A stretch of DNA of 64,000 nt from Takakia lepidozioides. Its lineage: Eukaryota > Plantae > Bryophyta. Under the pieces are notes generated by a model, which was not told where the DNA came from, did no database searches, and saw nothing but the letters and a program-made list of their open reading frames with translations. The translations under genes were made by a program, and so were the position numbers. Within the stretch, counting starts at the first letter, position 1; each line of letters opens with the position of its first letter. Location: assembly GCA_030704615.1 (NCBI GenBank), contig CM060734.1, positions 4,092,001-4,156,000 of the forward strand. Reading direction: 5' to 3'. Shown here piece after piece: positions 38,700-51,116 of the stretch.

Positions 38700-39100
38700 A
38701 CATGACAACCATCCCCTGACTGCCATCCAGGCTTGTAGGATGCTGACTCCTCCCAAAAATCCAGGGTGAAGCCCATGGGATACAACACTGCCCCACCAAC
38801 GAGGACATCGTAAGAGACCGCGTCTGTCACAATGGCCTTGGCTCGCATCACTGAGCCATCTATAGGATGATCCGACTGTAGTCTAATGGCCAACTCACGT
38901 CGTGTCATGCCCCGAGCCTGCTCTGATCCTCTCAAAGATGTTTGTATCTGGAAAGGACAAGGCTCCATATCCGCCTCCATGAGGCCCAAACCTGTAATAG
39001 CAGCTCTGCCCAACATCAGCGGCTGAGCTCCCGAGTCCAACAAGACCCGTAGTGGCCAGTACCTCTTGCCTGCCGGTCCACTCAAAGAGAAAATGTCATC
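38700..39100 (-). pseudogene. Retroviral-type aspartic protease
   Basis: RVLLDSGAQPLM...YDVLVG, in the same frame as the MTase (ORF 37739-39670). Confidence 0.85.
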
Positions 39101-39699
39101 TTGGTTGTCTAACAAGACAACTCCAGATGTTACCATGGCGCACTCAAAGGCTGGCCTAGCTGGTAGCTCCGTCAACCTGGCAGCTGCAGCTTGCCATGGC
39201 GCAACCATGGCAGTCTTGACCCTCAAATCCAAGGATCCCTCTGCCACTACACCTTCCACTAATTCCGCAGAAGATGAAGTGATCTCCCCACTCTCGCAGA
39301 ATGTTGCTGCTAGTCTGAACACTGCAGCTGGTCTTACCCCCGACGTCGCAATCATGGTTTCCGAGAACAGTGGGGCCTGACACACAGAGGTGGCCGCCCC
39401 CAGCAACACACTGGCTGCACTAGCCTTGGCAGCAGGTGTCAGTGCTGCACGTGTAGCTCTCCCCAATGACACAATAACATCCGCCTTGGTATCCATCGGG
39501 CGAGAACTAGGTGCCATGGATGGCGTCGACACTGTCTCCACCAAGATGAATGATTGAGGCAACCTAGCCTGACGGCTTGCCTCCCCACACTGTGGATCCA
39601 ACTCCACCTCTACACCTCGTGGCTTAGGAAATCGTGTTGTTCCTCGAGTGACGGCTGCAGCAGATTCCACCTACACTAGTGGTAGTGCTGCCCCACACA

Positions 39700-41215
39700 T
39701 AAATCCCATGCCTCCCATGTCTCCTCCATCAGGATGACGCTGTTGAGGAGGAACATTAGGTGGACCCTCAGGTCTTGGAGCTGGTACCGCCTGAGCTGTG
39801 GCCATGGCAGCAAGCCTTTGCTCTAGCTGCTGAAGCCGGTTGGCCATACCTTGGTCAACACCCTGATCTCCACGTCCTTGGCCATACTATGCTTGCCCTC
39901 GTCCTGCACCTCGTGCCTAACCACCTCGTCCTCTCTGAGGTGCTCCACCTTGCCCTCGGCCACCATTGTTCCCTTGGAACTGGCCTCGCCGCAACTCATG
40001 GTGCAAGTCATAACACTAGGCATCTCTATGCCCATACTTGCCACAATGCCCACACTGCAACTGTGCAGGCTGTGCTTATGCTAGCCCTTTGCCACTCTCT
40101 AGGCAATCTTTCTTGACATGGGGTCCTCCACATGTCCAACATACCACCCCTGGTTGCTGTTGGCCTGCAAAAGAAGCTACTGGCCTCTGCACCTGAGGTC
40201 CCCTGTAAGCTCCATGGAATTTGGGTTGGGCAACCTTGCCCCCCTGACCACGCTGTTGGGCAGTCCCTTGTGCTTGTTGGCTAGCAGCTGCGCCTCGTGC
40301 ATGCATGTCCTTGCCAAATCCTATGGTAACAACTTGCTCCTCCACCATGTTGAGCTCAATCCGCTCAGCCAGTAGAAACACATCTGTTAATGTGGGTTGG
40401 GCCGCTTGTAACAGGGTTGCATCCCGCACCCTTCTCCTGAGCTCCTTGTCCAAAATTCCATACCAGAACTGGATTGCTTGAGCTTCAGTAATCCCTTGGG
40501 TCACATTTATCAATCGTCTCATACGAGTGTAGGCCTCTCGCAAGCTCTCACTGGATTTGTGCTGGAAGTCTTCCAAACTTCGCAGCTTCTCTGTCCGTAT
40601 GCCTTGATAGTTCTTCCGCAACTCCTGGAAGAACTCCACCACCGGGTTGAATCTAGGCACATGTGTTGTAGTCGTGGCAGCAAGAGTGGTAGCACCTTTA
40701 GAACTGGTACAACCTGCAGAAATACCGGCACTACTTGTTCTACTACTAGTGCTGGCAGTGAGAGATATTGGTGCTGATGCAACTACTGGTCGCGTCGTGC
40801 CTCGAGTAATGGAGACGTAGTCAGGTAACCAATACATCCTCCACTCCTCAATCTCTACTTCATGTCCTCGCCTGAACTCGTGGTAATCGTCCATAGGCGG
40901 GCCTTCCAAATGCTGGAACAGTCCCTTCCATGCCATGAATGGGGTGAACAGTTGTGGATTGCGCATCTGCTGCAAATCACACCAGCTATCGAACTCCTGA
41001 ATAAAGTTATTCAGCTCGATTGTGCCCACAGCTCCAGAGTACCTACGAGGCCCCTTGGTAGCTCCATACATCTCCTCCATGTCGTCCCACAACAATGACG
41101 AAGGAAACTGCACACCTGTTGATGAAGCCTCCGAGTCTGTGTCAGACTCTGCACTAATTGGGTGGAGGTGAAGGTGGTCTGAAACGAACACCTCGTCTGG
41201 TGAACCCACTCTCAC
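39700..41215 (-). pseudogene. Gag with two zinc knuckles
   Basis: ORF 40076-41215 with Q..SESLREAYTR, CWTCGGPH..DC, then CGHCGKYGH..QC after an in-frame stop. Confidence 0.85.
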
Positions 41216-43194
41216 GTACTCCCCTCAAAACCCTTGGGTAACTCCGTGATGACACTCACAACCCGCACCTCCCCCACATGACACTATAAGGCTCTAGTAC
41301 TAATTCTAATAGTGACACGGGTGAGCACCTGTTGCGGATTAAGGGTCATATCCCAGTGGCTAAGGGCACTTGCACCTGCATCCACCGCAAGAACTCCTAT
41401 GGTTGGCTGGTCATCAACCCAGCCTCACCATAGAAGAAACACTGGTGGTCTTGCTGGTCATCACTCCAGCCTCACCACCGACAGCATACTCTAGGATTGA
41501 CCGGTGATCAAATCCAGCCTAATCCCTATGAAAGCAAGCGCCCACACAAAACCAACATGACGCACAGTCAAGCATGCAGGTGTGGGGGGATCCAAACACA
41601 AGAAACCAAAACATCAACACCCCCACACCAAAAACCCTCCGCAGTGCTGCTCTTGCAGAATATTGCAGCCCAAAAACCCCGGACTAACTGGCCTCCACCA
41701 AGAGAGGCTTTGGCAACTACAAGTACAAAGTAATGAAAATAGTAAAGAGAGGGAGGGGAAGAATAGACGTCCGACCAAGCAATATCTAATTCTGATCTAT
41801 GCTATCAACTGCCAGACTTCTCTCAAAGTGCCTCGCTCTGCATGATGGTAAGGTGTGGGAGGTATATCTATATCTAGAAACCTGCCACTAACCTTATCCC
41901 AAGCTACAATAGCTCGCTCTAACCAACCCTCCTCCTCTCTCTGCCAGGTAGAGACAAAACAATACTCCCCTATCTCCCACTCGCTGAATACTAAAGAAAA
42001 TAAAGGTAGGGTCTGACAGTCTCTCAACTAGAAAGCTTTGAGACGGTTGCGGGTGTCCTTGTTGCGAATGACTGCATCTCCTTCAAGCAAAACAAACTGT
42101 TCGTTACTAATGAACCCCCGTTCGTGGTTGCCTCGTATAGAGTGTGTCCGGCTGCAACCACGTCTGATTGCAGAAACTTGTGCAGTTCCTGCTCCTCTGC
42201 TCCAGTACACCACGGCCTTGTGGCTGAACACCTTGGTCCCCGGGGTTGTCTTTGGCTGTGTTCCAAGCCTAGCTTTCACCCACTTTGGTATTTCACCTAC
42301 AGCTGCAGAACTGCTTGCTCCAACAGAATTCTGACTGTCCAAAGCAATATTGAGGCCCTCAACGCCAACTACAACAGTTTGCTGTCTATTGCTAATGCCT
42401 GACTCCCAGTATGCAATCAACTCGTCCAACTGCTCTCCACTCAAATCAGTCTGAGTTCCTTGAGAAACATAAATCTTGTTTCCTTGTGTGCACAGGCTAA
42501 GAGAAGAGACCTGCCCTTCAATTACGTCCTCATTGCCCCCAGCCATATAAGGAGGACATCCACAGACTTGTCTCTCATGTAGACCACAACAGGTTCTAGA
42601 AAGAGAATTGTGGATCTTTCATAGCACACTCACACTCACACTCAAAAAATTCCATAGATTTTTAGCTAAGTATGTAGATTTCCACAATCTGCAGGTCCTC
42701 GCGCAAATTTGAGGTCAAACAACCTTTGTATGACAAAGTTATGGCCAAACAGGCTCTTCAAACATAATATATGTCATTCAAATGAAAAGTCTATTTCCAA
42801 TAATCCGTCTTGGTTCCCTGTTCCCTGGTTCCCTGCGAATTCTAAGTTCTCCACTATAAACAACATTTTTGAGCTCCCAGCACGAAAATATCTTGGGCTA
42901 CGATCCACCCCATCCGGCCTCCCTTATAGAATGTGAAGATCTCACTCACAGCAAGAATCCTGGAAGGAATGACAAGGGAGTCAGTTCATCCCAAACCTGT
43001 TTCGTTAAATCCGAGATGCGATCTTGCAAGCATGGTCGTTACAACTGTACCCAGCCGTTTTGGTAACTATGGCCATTGCTGCTCGTTCTTTGGAGAAATC
43101 TTCAACTTCGGGAGTTGTTGTGCAGGGATTGTCTGTCCCCAAACGTGCACCGGCGTCCTTCTCCCTCGTTCAGGAAGCCTGGCTACCACAGATA

Positions 43195-43580
43195 CGTCTT
43201 GTCATGCGTCAAGCATGGCTATGTACTGCAGGGCAGATGCAGCATTTTTGTGTGTAGGTTGCGATGGCAAGGTGCATGGCATAAACAAGCTGGCGTGTGT
43301 GGATGTGCGAGGTGTGTGGGCTAGCTCAAGCCATTGTCACTTGTAAGGACGATGTAGTTGCGCTTTGCGTTTCAGGCGACACAGATATCCATTCAGCCAA
43401 CTCACTTGCCCGTCAGCATGAGCATGTATCAGTCACTCATTTCTTTGAGTGTCCGAATGTTATAAAAGAGGCCCGCGTTAACAACTCCGTTGTTGCAGTG
43501 CCTGAAACTGAATGTAGTGACTTGTTGAATGATGATAATCAAACTACCGTGGCTGACGCTGCTTCATGGCTTCTCCCAGA
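43195..43580 (+). pseudogene. CONSTANS-like double B-box fragment inside the retroelement leader (antisense to gag-pol)
   Basis: [22 protein letters not shown] / VWMCEVC..AIVTCK.D..ALCV..DTDIHSANSLARQHE..AASWLLP. Confidence 0.85.
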
Positions 43581-44481
43581 CCTTAACCAAGCCTTGATGG
43601 AACTAGGTGTCGTTGTCTGCACCCCTTCATCACCCTATTCTTGCTCTCCTTGTCCTATTACAATCCACAGCTAATCGAGGACAGCACCATCGCCACTTGG
43701 CCAGTTCATCCATGCTCGTTTTAAAAATATATATATTACAGACCCGTCCAAGATCGAATTCCTCAAGCATAATCACCAAGCCTCACTTGCTTGTTGATCT
43801 TATTTGACTACAAATATTCCCACCGGTTCTGCTGTAATTATTCCACATGAAAGCCAACGACGGCACAATCTGCCTTCATGCCAGCCTGTCCCTGCTCGCT
43901 GACCAAGAAAACCAACGATAGCCAGCCAACTTCTCAACTCGGCCTTTACTGATTGCACACCATGATATATGCCATGAACAACTTCACCAAATCGTTTGTC
44001 ATCAGTACCGATATAACATTGGCACAACGACTTGTAGACATGAGCCCATCAACCAGTCCAACACCTTGGCTGCTCACTATGTGCAGGTCTGAAACCATCA
44101 GTCTGCTCAAGAATTACCTATAGCATGGTATTTTTATCTCTGCAGCTGAAGTCGAAGACCACGGTCCACCTACTCGCGTAACCATCTGCACCTCCGCTTC
44201 TAACCACCAAGATCTTCACAATGAAGGCTTGCATCCCAGCCTTGCGAGACAACAATAATGCTGATCGTTTCACCATGCTCGGCTCTCAATCTGCCACTCA
44301 GCCAGTGACCGTTATAAAGGGAGAATACCATGCACTTTTGTGTTACCGCTTTCAACACTAGAAGCCTAACTTGCCATTGCACCCTCATGTTTCTCTCTCA
44401 TCTTCACACAAAACCCACAAGTGCTAAAAACTAATTAAGCTCACATCTTGCACTCACAGATGCAAACTCATCTCTCTCGAG

Positions 44482-44769
44482 TGAAAAGATGCACAAAACC
44501 AAACCAACATTTCACTCATAAAATAAGAATCAAGCCCACTGCACCCCCAAGGCTTAGGGGAATCAACAGTACACGCGCCATAGCCGACGCGGGAGGCTCA
44601 ACTCGAGAGAGATGAGCCTCGCCGCGCGTTCGCCGTGAAGATAAGCCACGCCCAGGGGCCAACAAATATCTTGACCCCTGGGTTGACACTTGGATCAAGC
44701 CCAAGTGTCATATATAAAAACTAGTTATTTATTGGCTAGTTTCACACTACTAGTAAACTTTACTTGACA
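44482..44769 (-). repeat. Repeat B, 5' terminal copy (288 bp)
   Basis: Direct repeat of 27951-28238. Confidence 0.95.
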
Positions 44770-44773
44770 GCCG

Positions 44774-45737
44774 TGTAGAAGTTAGGCTCAGACTTTTATC
44801 ATGGCTAGATTTTGTTGACAGTGTTCCAGCACTTACTTTCTGGGATTCTATTTTATTTTGTGGAGCTTGAATCCCCAATGGTACTTCTTTCACTACAATA
44901 GTGGTATGTGTTCTTCTAGTCATGTTCATAATCACTTGCACGCCACTGTAATAGTGGTATAATTTAAAACTGTAAGAGTAGCCAAATACACACAATTGCC
45001 TCCATTACCACTCCTGTAGTGGTATAAGTAATCACCTATATATTACTGTATTAGTGGTATGAATTCCTCCAATGGTATTCCTAATCACTTACACACCACT
45101 CTGTTAGTAATCATTCCAATCCATAGTTCTCACTCATAGAGACACCATGGATGATTCAAACAGCTTACATACCACTATGTGGGTAATCATTCCAATGACC
45201 TGCTGAGAGACGTCATCCACTCACATAACCACGGTTTGAGTGATATTGTATATTCTCAGTTTTCATATAATGACTCTGTGAGTCATTTCACGATCACTCA
45301 ACAAGTGGTTTCGGAAGTCATTGAATTTTTCACTCCATCCATTTCGTAGCACCGACACAGGACACGTGTCCATGTTGAGAGTGTCGCCACGTGTCAACAT
45401 AATCTCCAATATCATCCACGGACCACCGACTTCCACGTGTCCACTGGAAAACGGAAGTGGTTACTTTGCCACTATGACACGTCAGTTTACCACTGTGACA
45501 TGTCAGAAGTGGTTGGTTTACCTCAGTGACACGTCACAGTGGTTAATTTACCACTGTGACATGTCAGCGAACAGGTGGACCCGAACGTGAGTGGTTCGAA
45601 CCACTGTCCTTAACCATGTAATGTCTTTTACCACTCACTTGTCCTAATCCACTGGTTCTTCATCATTTTGGGGCTAGAGTGGTTTAGTATCTTTTACCAC
45701 TCAAAATGAGTGGTTATTCCGCATTTTCCTTCTAGTG
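44774..45737 (+). mobile_element. Right end of a CACTA element (host of the DNMT-Gypsy insertion)
   Basis: Ends TTTTCCTTCTAGTG; dense ACCACT/AGTGGT subterminal repeats; paralogous to 50250-51116. Confidence 0.8.
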
Positions 45738-48700
45738 CACTAAAAGGAAAACGCAGAATAACCACTGGCCCTTTAACCACTACTGTCTTTTTCCACTCTA
45801 TAAACCACTAGTAACCACTTGCCAGTGGTTAATCCCGATGAAATGCCACGGTGGCATCACAGACAGTGGTTGGAAGTGGTTTCAACCACTCAGTAGTCCA
45901 CGTGTAATAATTTGTTTTTATTTCTTATTTCTTATTTGGTAATATATTTTAATTAATAAATATAATATTCCACGTGGACGGGTGCAGTGGTACATTGTGA
46001 GTGGTTATAGACACCTAAGTGATGGGAAGTGGTTGAAACCACTTGCTACTCCACGTGATAATTTCAATTTTATTTATGATTTATGATTTGGAAATCTATT
46101 TTAATTAATATAATATAATATTCCACGTGGATGGGGACAGTGCATGTTGAACTTGAGTGGTTAAAGACACCTCAATGATTTTTACCACTTTGATAGTGGT
46201 GGAGAGTGGGTGGTGAAAGACACTGCAATAATTGGAACCGCTATTCTGGTGGTCGTTCATGAGTGGTTGCCTACACAACAGTGATTGGTATCACTTTTGT
46301 GGTGATACATGAAAAACTTTAAGTGGTTTGTGCACCTGTGACAGACTTTGAAAAACAGACAAGTGTCCAGACCATTGTAGGATGATGCTATTGAACAAAT
46401 GGTTCCATTAACAATAAACTTTATTCTGAATCTGAAACATATTTGTCAACCTCTTAATCACTTTCCTCAACTAGAATAGCGGTTGGTTGTACAAATGCTG
46501 CTTGAATGCAGGTAGCCAACATAGCCAGGTCTTTAGTCTCTCACGTTAGTTCTAGAATGTTATGTGGTTAAAGACACCTCAGTGATTAGTACCACTTGGA
46601 CAGTGGTACATAGTGAGTGGTTAAAGACACCGCAGTGATTGGTATCACTTGGATGGTGGTAGATTGTGAGTGGTTAAAGACACCTCAGTGACTGGTACCA
46701 CTCTTGTGGTGATACATGAAAATGTTTAAGTGGTTTGTGTACCTGTGGTAGACTTTAAAAAACATACAAGTGTCCAAATCATTGTAGGATGATGCTATTG
46801 AACAGATGGTTCCAAACAATCAACTTTATTCTGAATCTGAATCACAATATTCATTCTCTGAAGCAATTTCCTCTACTGGAACAATGTTTGGTCATACAAA
46901 ACTAGCTTGAAATATGGTAGTCAACATAGCCAGTTCTTCTCCACTTAGAGCCGTGGCACCATCTAATGACCTAGGTATGGGCTGATATGATAAAGTAGAG
47001 GGTGCCCGTAGACCATCAAAATTTGCATTTTCTCCAATGTTCAAACTTCAACAATGAATTTTAGAATGAAAATAAATTAAGTCAGTTCCAAAAATACAAA
47101 AACTTTCAAATAATTGAACTCGCTACAAGGCTTGACAATAGTTGTTTACATTTCATTCAAATTTTTATATGTCACATCTAGTAGATAAGCCTGATTTGTG
47201 AGCTGTAGCTCATAGGTGTTTTCCTTTATTTTTTATTTTTTAAAATAGATAATCTAATATACTTTGGAAAAATCTATAGACTTTTTGCAAGAGCCCAAAA
47301 ATGAGGTGTAGGTGGGTAGCATTGTAAGTCCTGAAGCTATCCCCCCAAAAACTACGTCAAACAGGTTTCATATGACCCGGATATGGCCAAACATGAATAA
47401 TTTAAATTTGGTCATATTAATTAGTTCATTTTGGCCTGCTTTTATCGATTTCTACTACCACTTCATAAAAAAAGTTAACATTGTACTCATTACAATAAGG
47501 TGAAATTCACATACCGTACCACATATAAAAAGGGCGTAGTAGGATTTGAGCCCCAAACCACTGGGGTAACAAAAAGTGTACTATCCAATAAAAGTTCAAA
47601 ATAATTCAAAATGGATTTACGGTTGTGGGGTTGTGTGCTGAATGATGAGTCTTGGACTTGGTCGTTTTTCTTTGTTTGTGTCGTGGGATGATTTGCAGGT
47701 GCATAGCTAGGGTCCGAGATGGAAGCTTTGGAGACCACCTGCGCTCAAGCGATGCGGGGAGGGTTGAGCTCGACAGCTTTGGAGACATGCGCGCAATCGA
47801 TGCGGAGAGGGTTGAAGCTCGACAGCTTCCTAGCTTTTTCATACGGCCCTCAATATCGTCCTCTCCACCCTCCTCTCTACCCCATCTTACTTTCACATTG
47901 TCTGCTTCTCCTTAGTCCACGCCCAAGCGCTCTCCAACTTTCCATCAATCTTGCTCCCACCCTCTTCATTTCTTATGTTTTTGCTGCAGTAGGTCGCTCG
48001 AGGCTTGGGTCTTCTGTGGCCGGTTCTTTAGGGGCACCATTGCCAGGAAGTTGCATTCTAGGGCTCAGCCATTTATATATTCATGAAAGGGAAAAAGAGG
48101 TCCATGGTGACATCGTCAAGGCTGGAATAGTACCAGATGTCATTCTGAACATTACCCTTGTTGATATGTATGCCAAATGTGGGAGCACTGTGAATGCAAA
48201 TGAAGTGTTTGATGGGCAAACGAGACGTGGTGTTCTAGAGTGCTATGATTGCATCACATGCACAACATGGATATGGGAGATGGAGGCTTTGGAGACCTGT
48301 GAGCAAATGCACATCAGCAGGGGGTGAAGTCAGACCGAGTCACATTCATTTCTGTTGTGCCCTATCTTCATGCCAATTTCTCCAATTTGGGTGTGCTATG
48401 GCTTGGTGGATTTGTAGCAAGTAGGGTGATGAAGATATGCTAGCCTTCATAGCAATAAAGATTTTCAAGGGGTTGTGGTCTGGCCCCCAGTATAGCTGCA
48501 CTCAATGTTGTTCAAGTTTCCAGATATTCAGCTACTTTGATGGGCCTATCTTCTTGCCAATTCCTCCATTTGTGGTGTGCAATGGCTTGGCAAATTTCTA
48601 AAAACTAGTGTGATCAAAATATGGTGGCCTTCAGAGCTTTGGAATTTCTTAAGGGGTTGTGGTCTGGCCCCCAACAAATATGCACTTGCTGTTCAAGTTT

Positions 48701-51116
48701 CCGGACGTTCAGGTACTCAAATGGGCCTCTCTTCTTGCCAATTGCTCCAATTGTGGTGTGCTATGGCTTGAAATATTTCTAACAACTAGTGTGATCAAGG
48801 TATGGTGGCCTCATGAGCTCTGAATCTTATTAAGGGGTTGTGGTCTGGCCCCCAACAAATCTGCACTTGTTGTTCAAGTTTCCGGACGTTCAGGTACTCA
48901 GATGGGCATATCTCCTTGGCAATTGCTTCAGTTGTGGTGTGCTATGGCTTGAAACATTTCTAACAACTAGTGTGATCAAAATATGGTGGCCTTCCGAGCT
49001 TTGGAATTTTTGTGGTCTGGCCCCCAACAAATCTGCACTGGTTGTTCAAGTTTCCGGACGTTTAGGTACTCAGATGGGCCTCTCTTCTTGCCAATTGCTC
49101 CAATTGTGGTGTGCTATGGCTTGAAATATTTCTAACAACTAGTGTGATCAAGGTATGGTGGCCTCCTGAGCTCTAAATCTTATTAAAGGGTTGTGGTCTG
49201 GCCCCCAACAAATCTGCACTTGCTGTTCAAGTTTCCGGACGTTCAGGTACTCAGATGGGCATATCTCCTTGGCAATTGCTCCAGTTGTGGTGTGCTATGG
49301 CTTGAAACATTTCTAACAACTAGTGTGATCAAGGTATGGTGGCCTCCTGAGCTCTGAATTTTCTTTAGGAGTTGTGGTCTAGCCCCCAACAGATCTGCAC
49401 TTGTTGTCAAGCTTCCGGACGTTCAGGTACTCAGATGGGCCTATCTCCTTGCCAATTGCTCCAGTTGTGGTGTGCTATGGCTTGAAACATTTCTAACAAC
49501 TAGTGTAATCAAGTTATGGTGGCCTCCCAAGCTCTGAATTTTCTTAAGGGGTTGTGGTCTGGCCCCCAACAGATCTGCACTTGTTGTTCAAGTTTCCGGA
49601 CTTTCAACTTATATTCAGATGGGCCTATCTCCTTGCCAATTGCTCCAATTGTGGTGTGCTATGGCTTGGAGAATTTCTCACAACTAGTGTGATCAATATA
49701 TTATGGCCTCCAGAGATTTAAGGGGTTGTGGTCTGGCCCCCAACAGATCTGCACTTGTTGTTCAAGTTTCCGGACGTGTAGGTACTCAAATGGGCCTATC
49801 TTCTTGCCAACTGCTCCAATTTGGGTGGGCTATGGCTTGGTGGATCTGTTACAAGTAGGGTGATGAAGATATGTAGCCTCCATATCCATAAACATTTATA
49901 AGGGGTTCTGGTCTGGCCCGCAATAGATCTGCACTTGTCATTCAAGTTTCTGGATGTATAGGTACTCAAATGGGCCTATCTTCTTGCCATTTTCTCTAGT
50001 TTAGGTGGGCTATGGCTTGGTGAATTTGTTACAAATAGGGTGATGAAGATATGATAGCTTCTAGAACCATAATGGTTTTTAAGGGGTTGTGGTCTAGCCC
50101 CTAGCAGATCTGCTGGGAAGCTGTAGTAGCAGCGGCACAATTGATAAAATCAGGCACTGCTAATGAAGGCACCTTCTTCAACACATTCCATCTTGTTTTT
50201 CCCAACATGAAAGTAGTTCATGGCTTTTAGCATGCCTATAGAGACGTAGTGTAGATGTAGTATGTCACCCTTTATCATGGTTGGATTTTGTTGACTCTGT
50301 TCCAACACTTATTGTATTGGATTCTATTCTATTTTTTGAATGGTGAATCTTCAAGAGTATTTGGATTTGCAGATTCATTTGGAATGTATGGGAATTGTAG
50401 GAGAATTATATGGGAACGTATGAATCACTTACACACCACTCTGTTAGTGGTATATGTAAGACTGTGACAATAGGCAAGAGTGGTTGTACTCCTCCAGATG
50501 TAGCCCCAATCACTTACATACCACTAAGGTAGTAATAATTCAAATACATGGTTCCTACTTGGTGGGACACACTGGATGACTCAGTCGGTGGTTTTAGCAC
50601 ATAATCTAACCACTACATCAATACTGGTAGAACCACTCCGTCAGTGATTTTAGCACACAACCTAACCACTACATTGATACTGGTAGAACCACTCAGTAAG
50701 TGGTTTTAGCACACAACCAAACCACTACATCAATACTATTAGAACCGCATTTGTAATATAGCCACGTGTCTACATAATGGACAATATAATCATCTAACTG
50801 GTTTCGGCCACGTGTCCGTGTGAATACGGACACGTGTCCGTCGATTGCTAAGTATGATCGACGGATTTGTGGCATCCACGTGCATACGGTGGAAGTGGTA
50901 TGTTCTGAAGTGGTTAATTTACCACTGTGACACGTAAGCGAACAACAAGTGATCGTAACCACTGTCTTTAACCACTTCGGACACGACATGTCTTTAACCA
51001 CTACTGAGTCAAAATCCATTGGTTCTAGACCACTCTGGGGCCAGAGTGGTTGGGTGTCTTTTCCCACTCAAAATGAGTGGTTACTAGAGTGGTTATTCCG
51101 CGTTTTCCTTCTAGTG
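45738..51116 (+). mobile_element. Non-autonomous CACTA element carrying a PPR fragment and a tandem array
   Basis: TIRs CACTAAAAGGAAAACGC / GCGTTTTCCTTCTAGTG; subterminal ACCACT repeats; PPR fragment ~48085-48350. Confidence 0.85.
48360..50110. repeat. Tandem array, ~10 x ~180 bp
   Basis: Recurrent GGGTTGTGGTCTGGCCCCCAACA.ATCTGCACTTG at ~180-bp spacing. Confidence 0.95.

Larger units (their letters stand above)
27867..44769 (-). mobile_element. Ty3/Gypsy retrotransposon encoding a DNMT3-like C5-methyltransferase and PHD finger, with split direct repeats
   Basis: TGTC...GACA termini; 4-bp TSD GCCG (27863-27866 and 44770-44773); paralogous empty site at ~50230-50320; domains listed separately. 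Confidence 0.9.

Noticed and set aside
27867-44769. DIRS/Ngaro classification because of split repeats
   Set aside because: No tyrosine recombinase seen; a DDE integrase, protease, Gypsy domain order and a TSD are present
48577-49124. Protein-coding repeat ORFs
   Set aside because: Frames are not maintained between the 180-bp units
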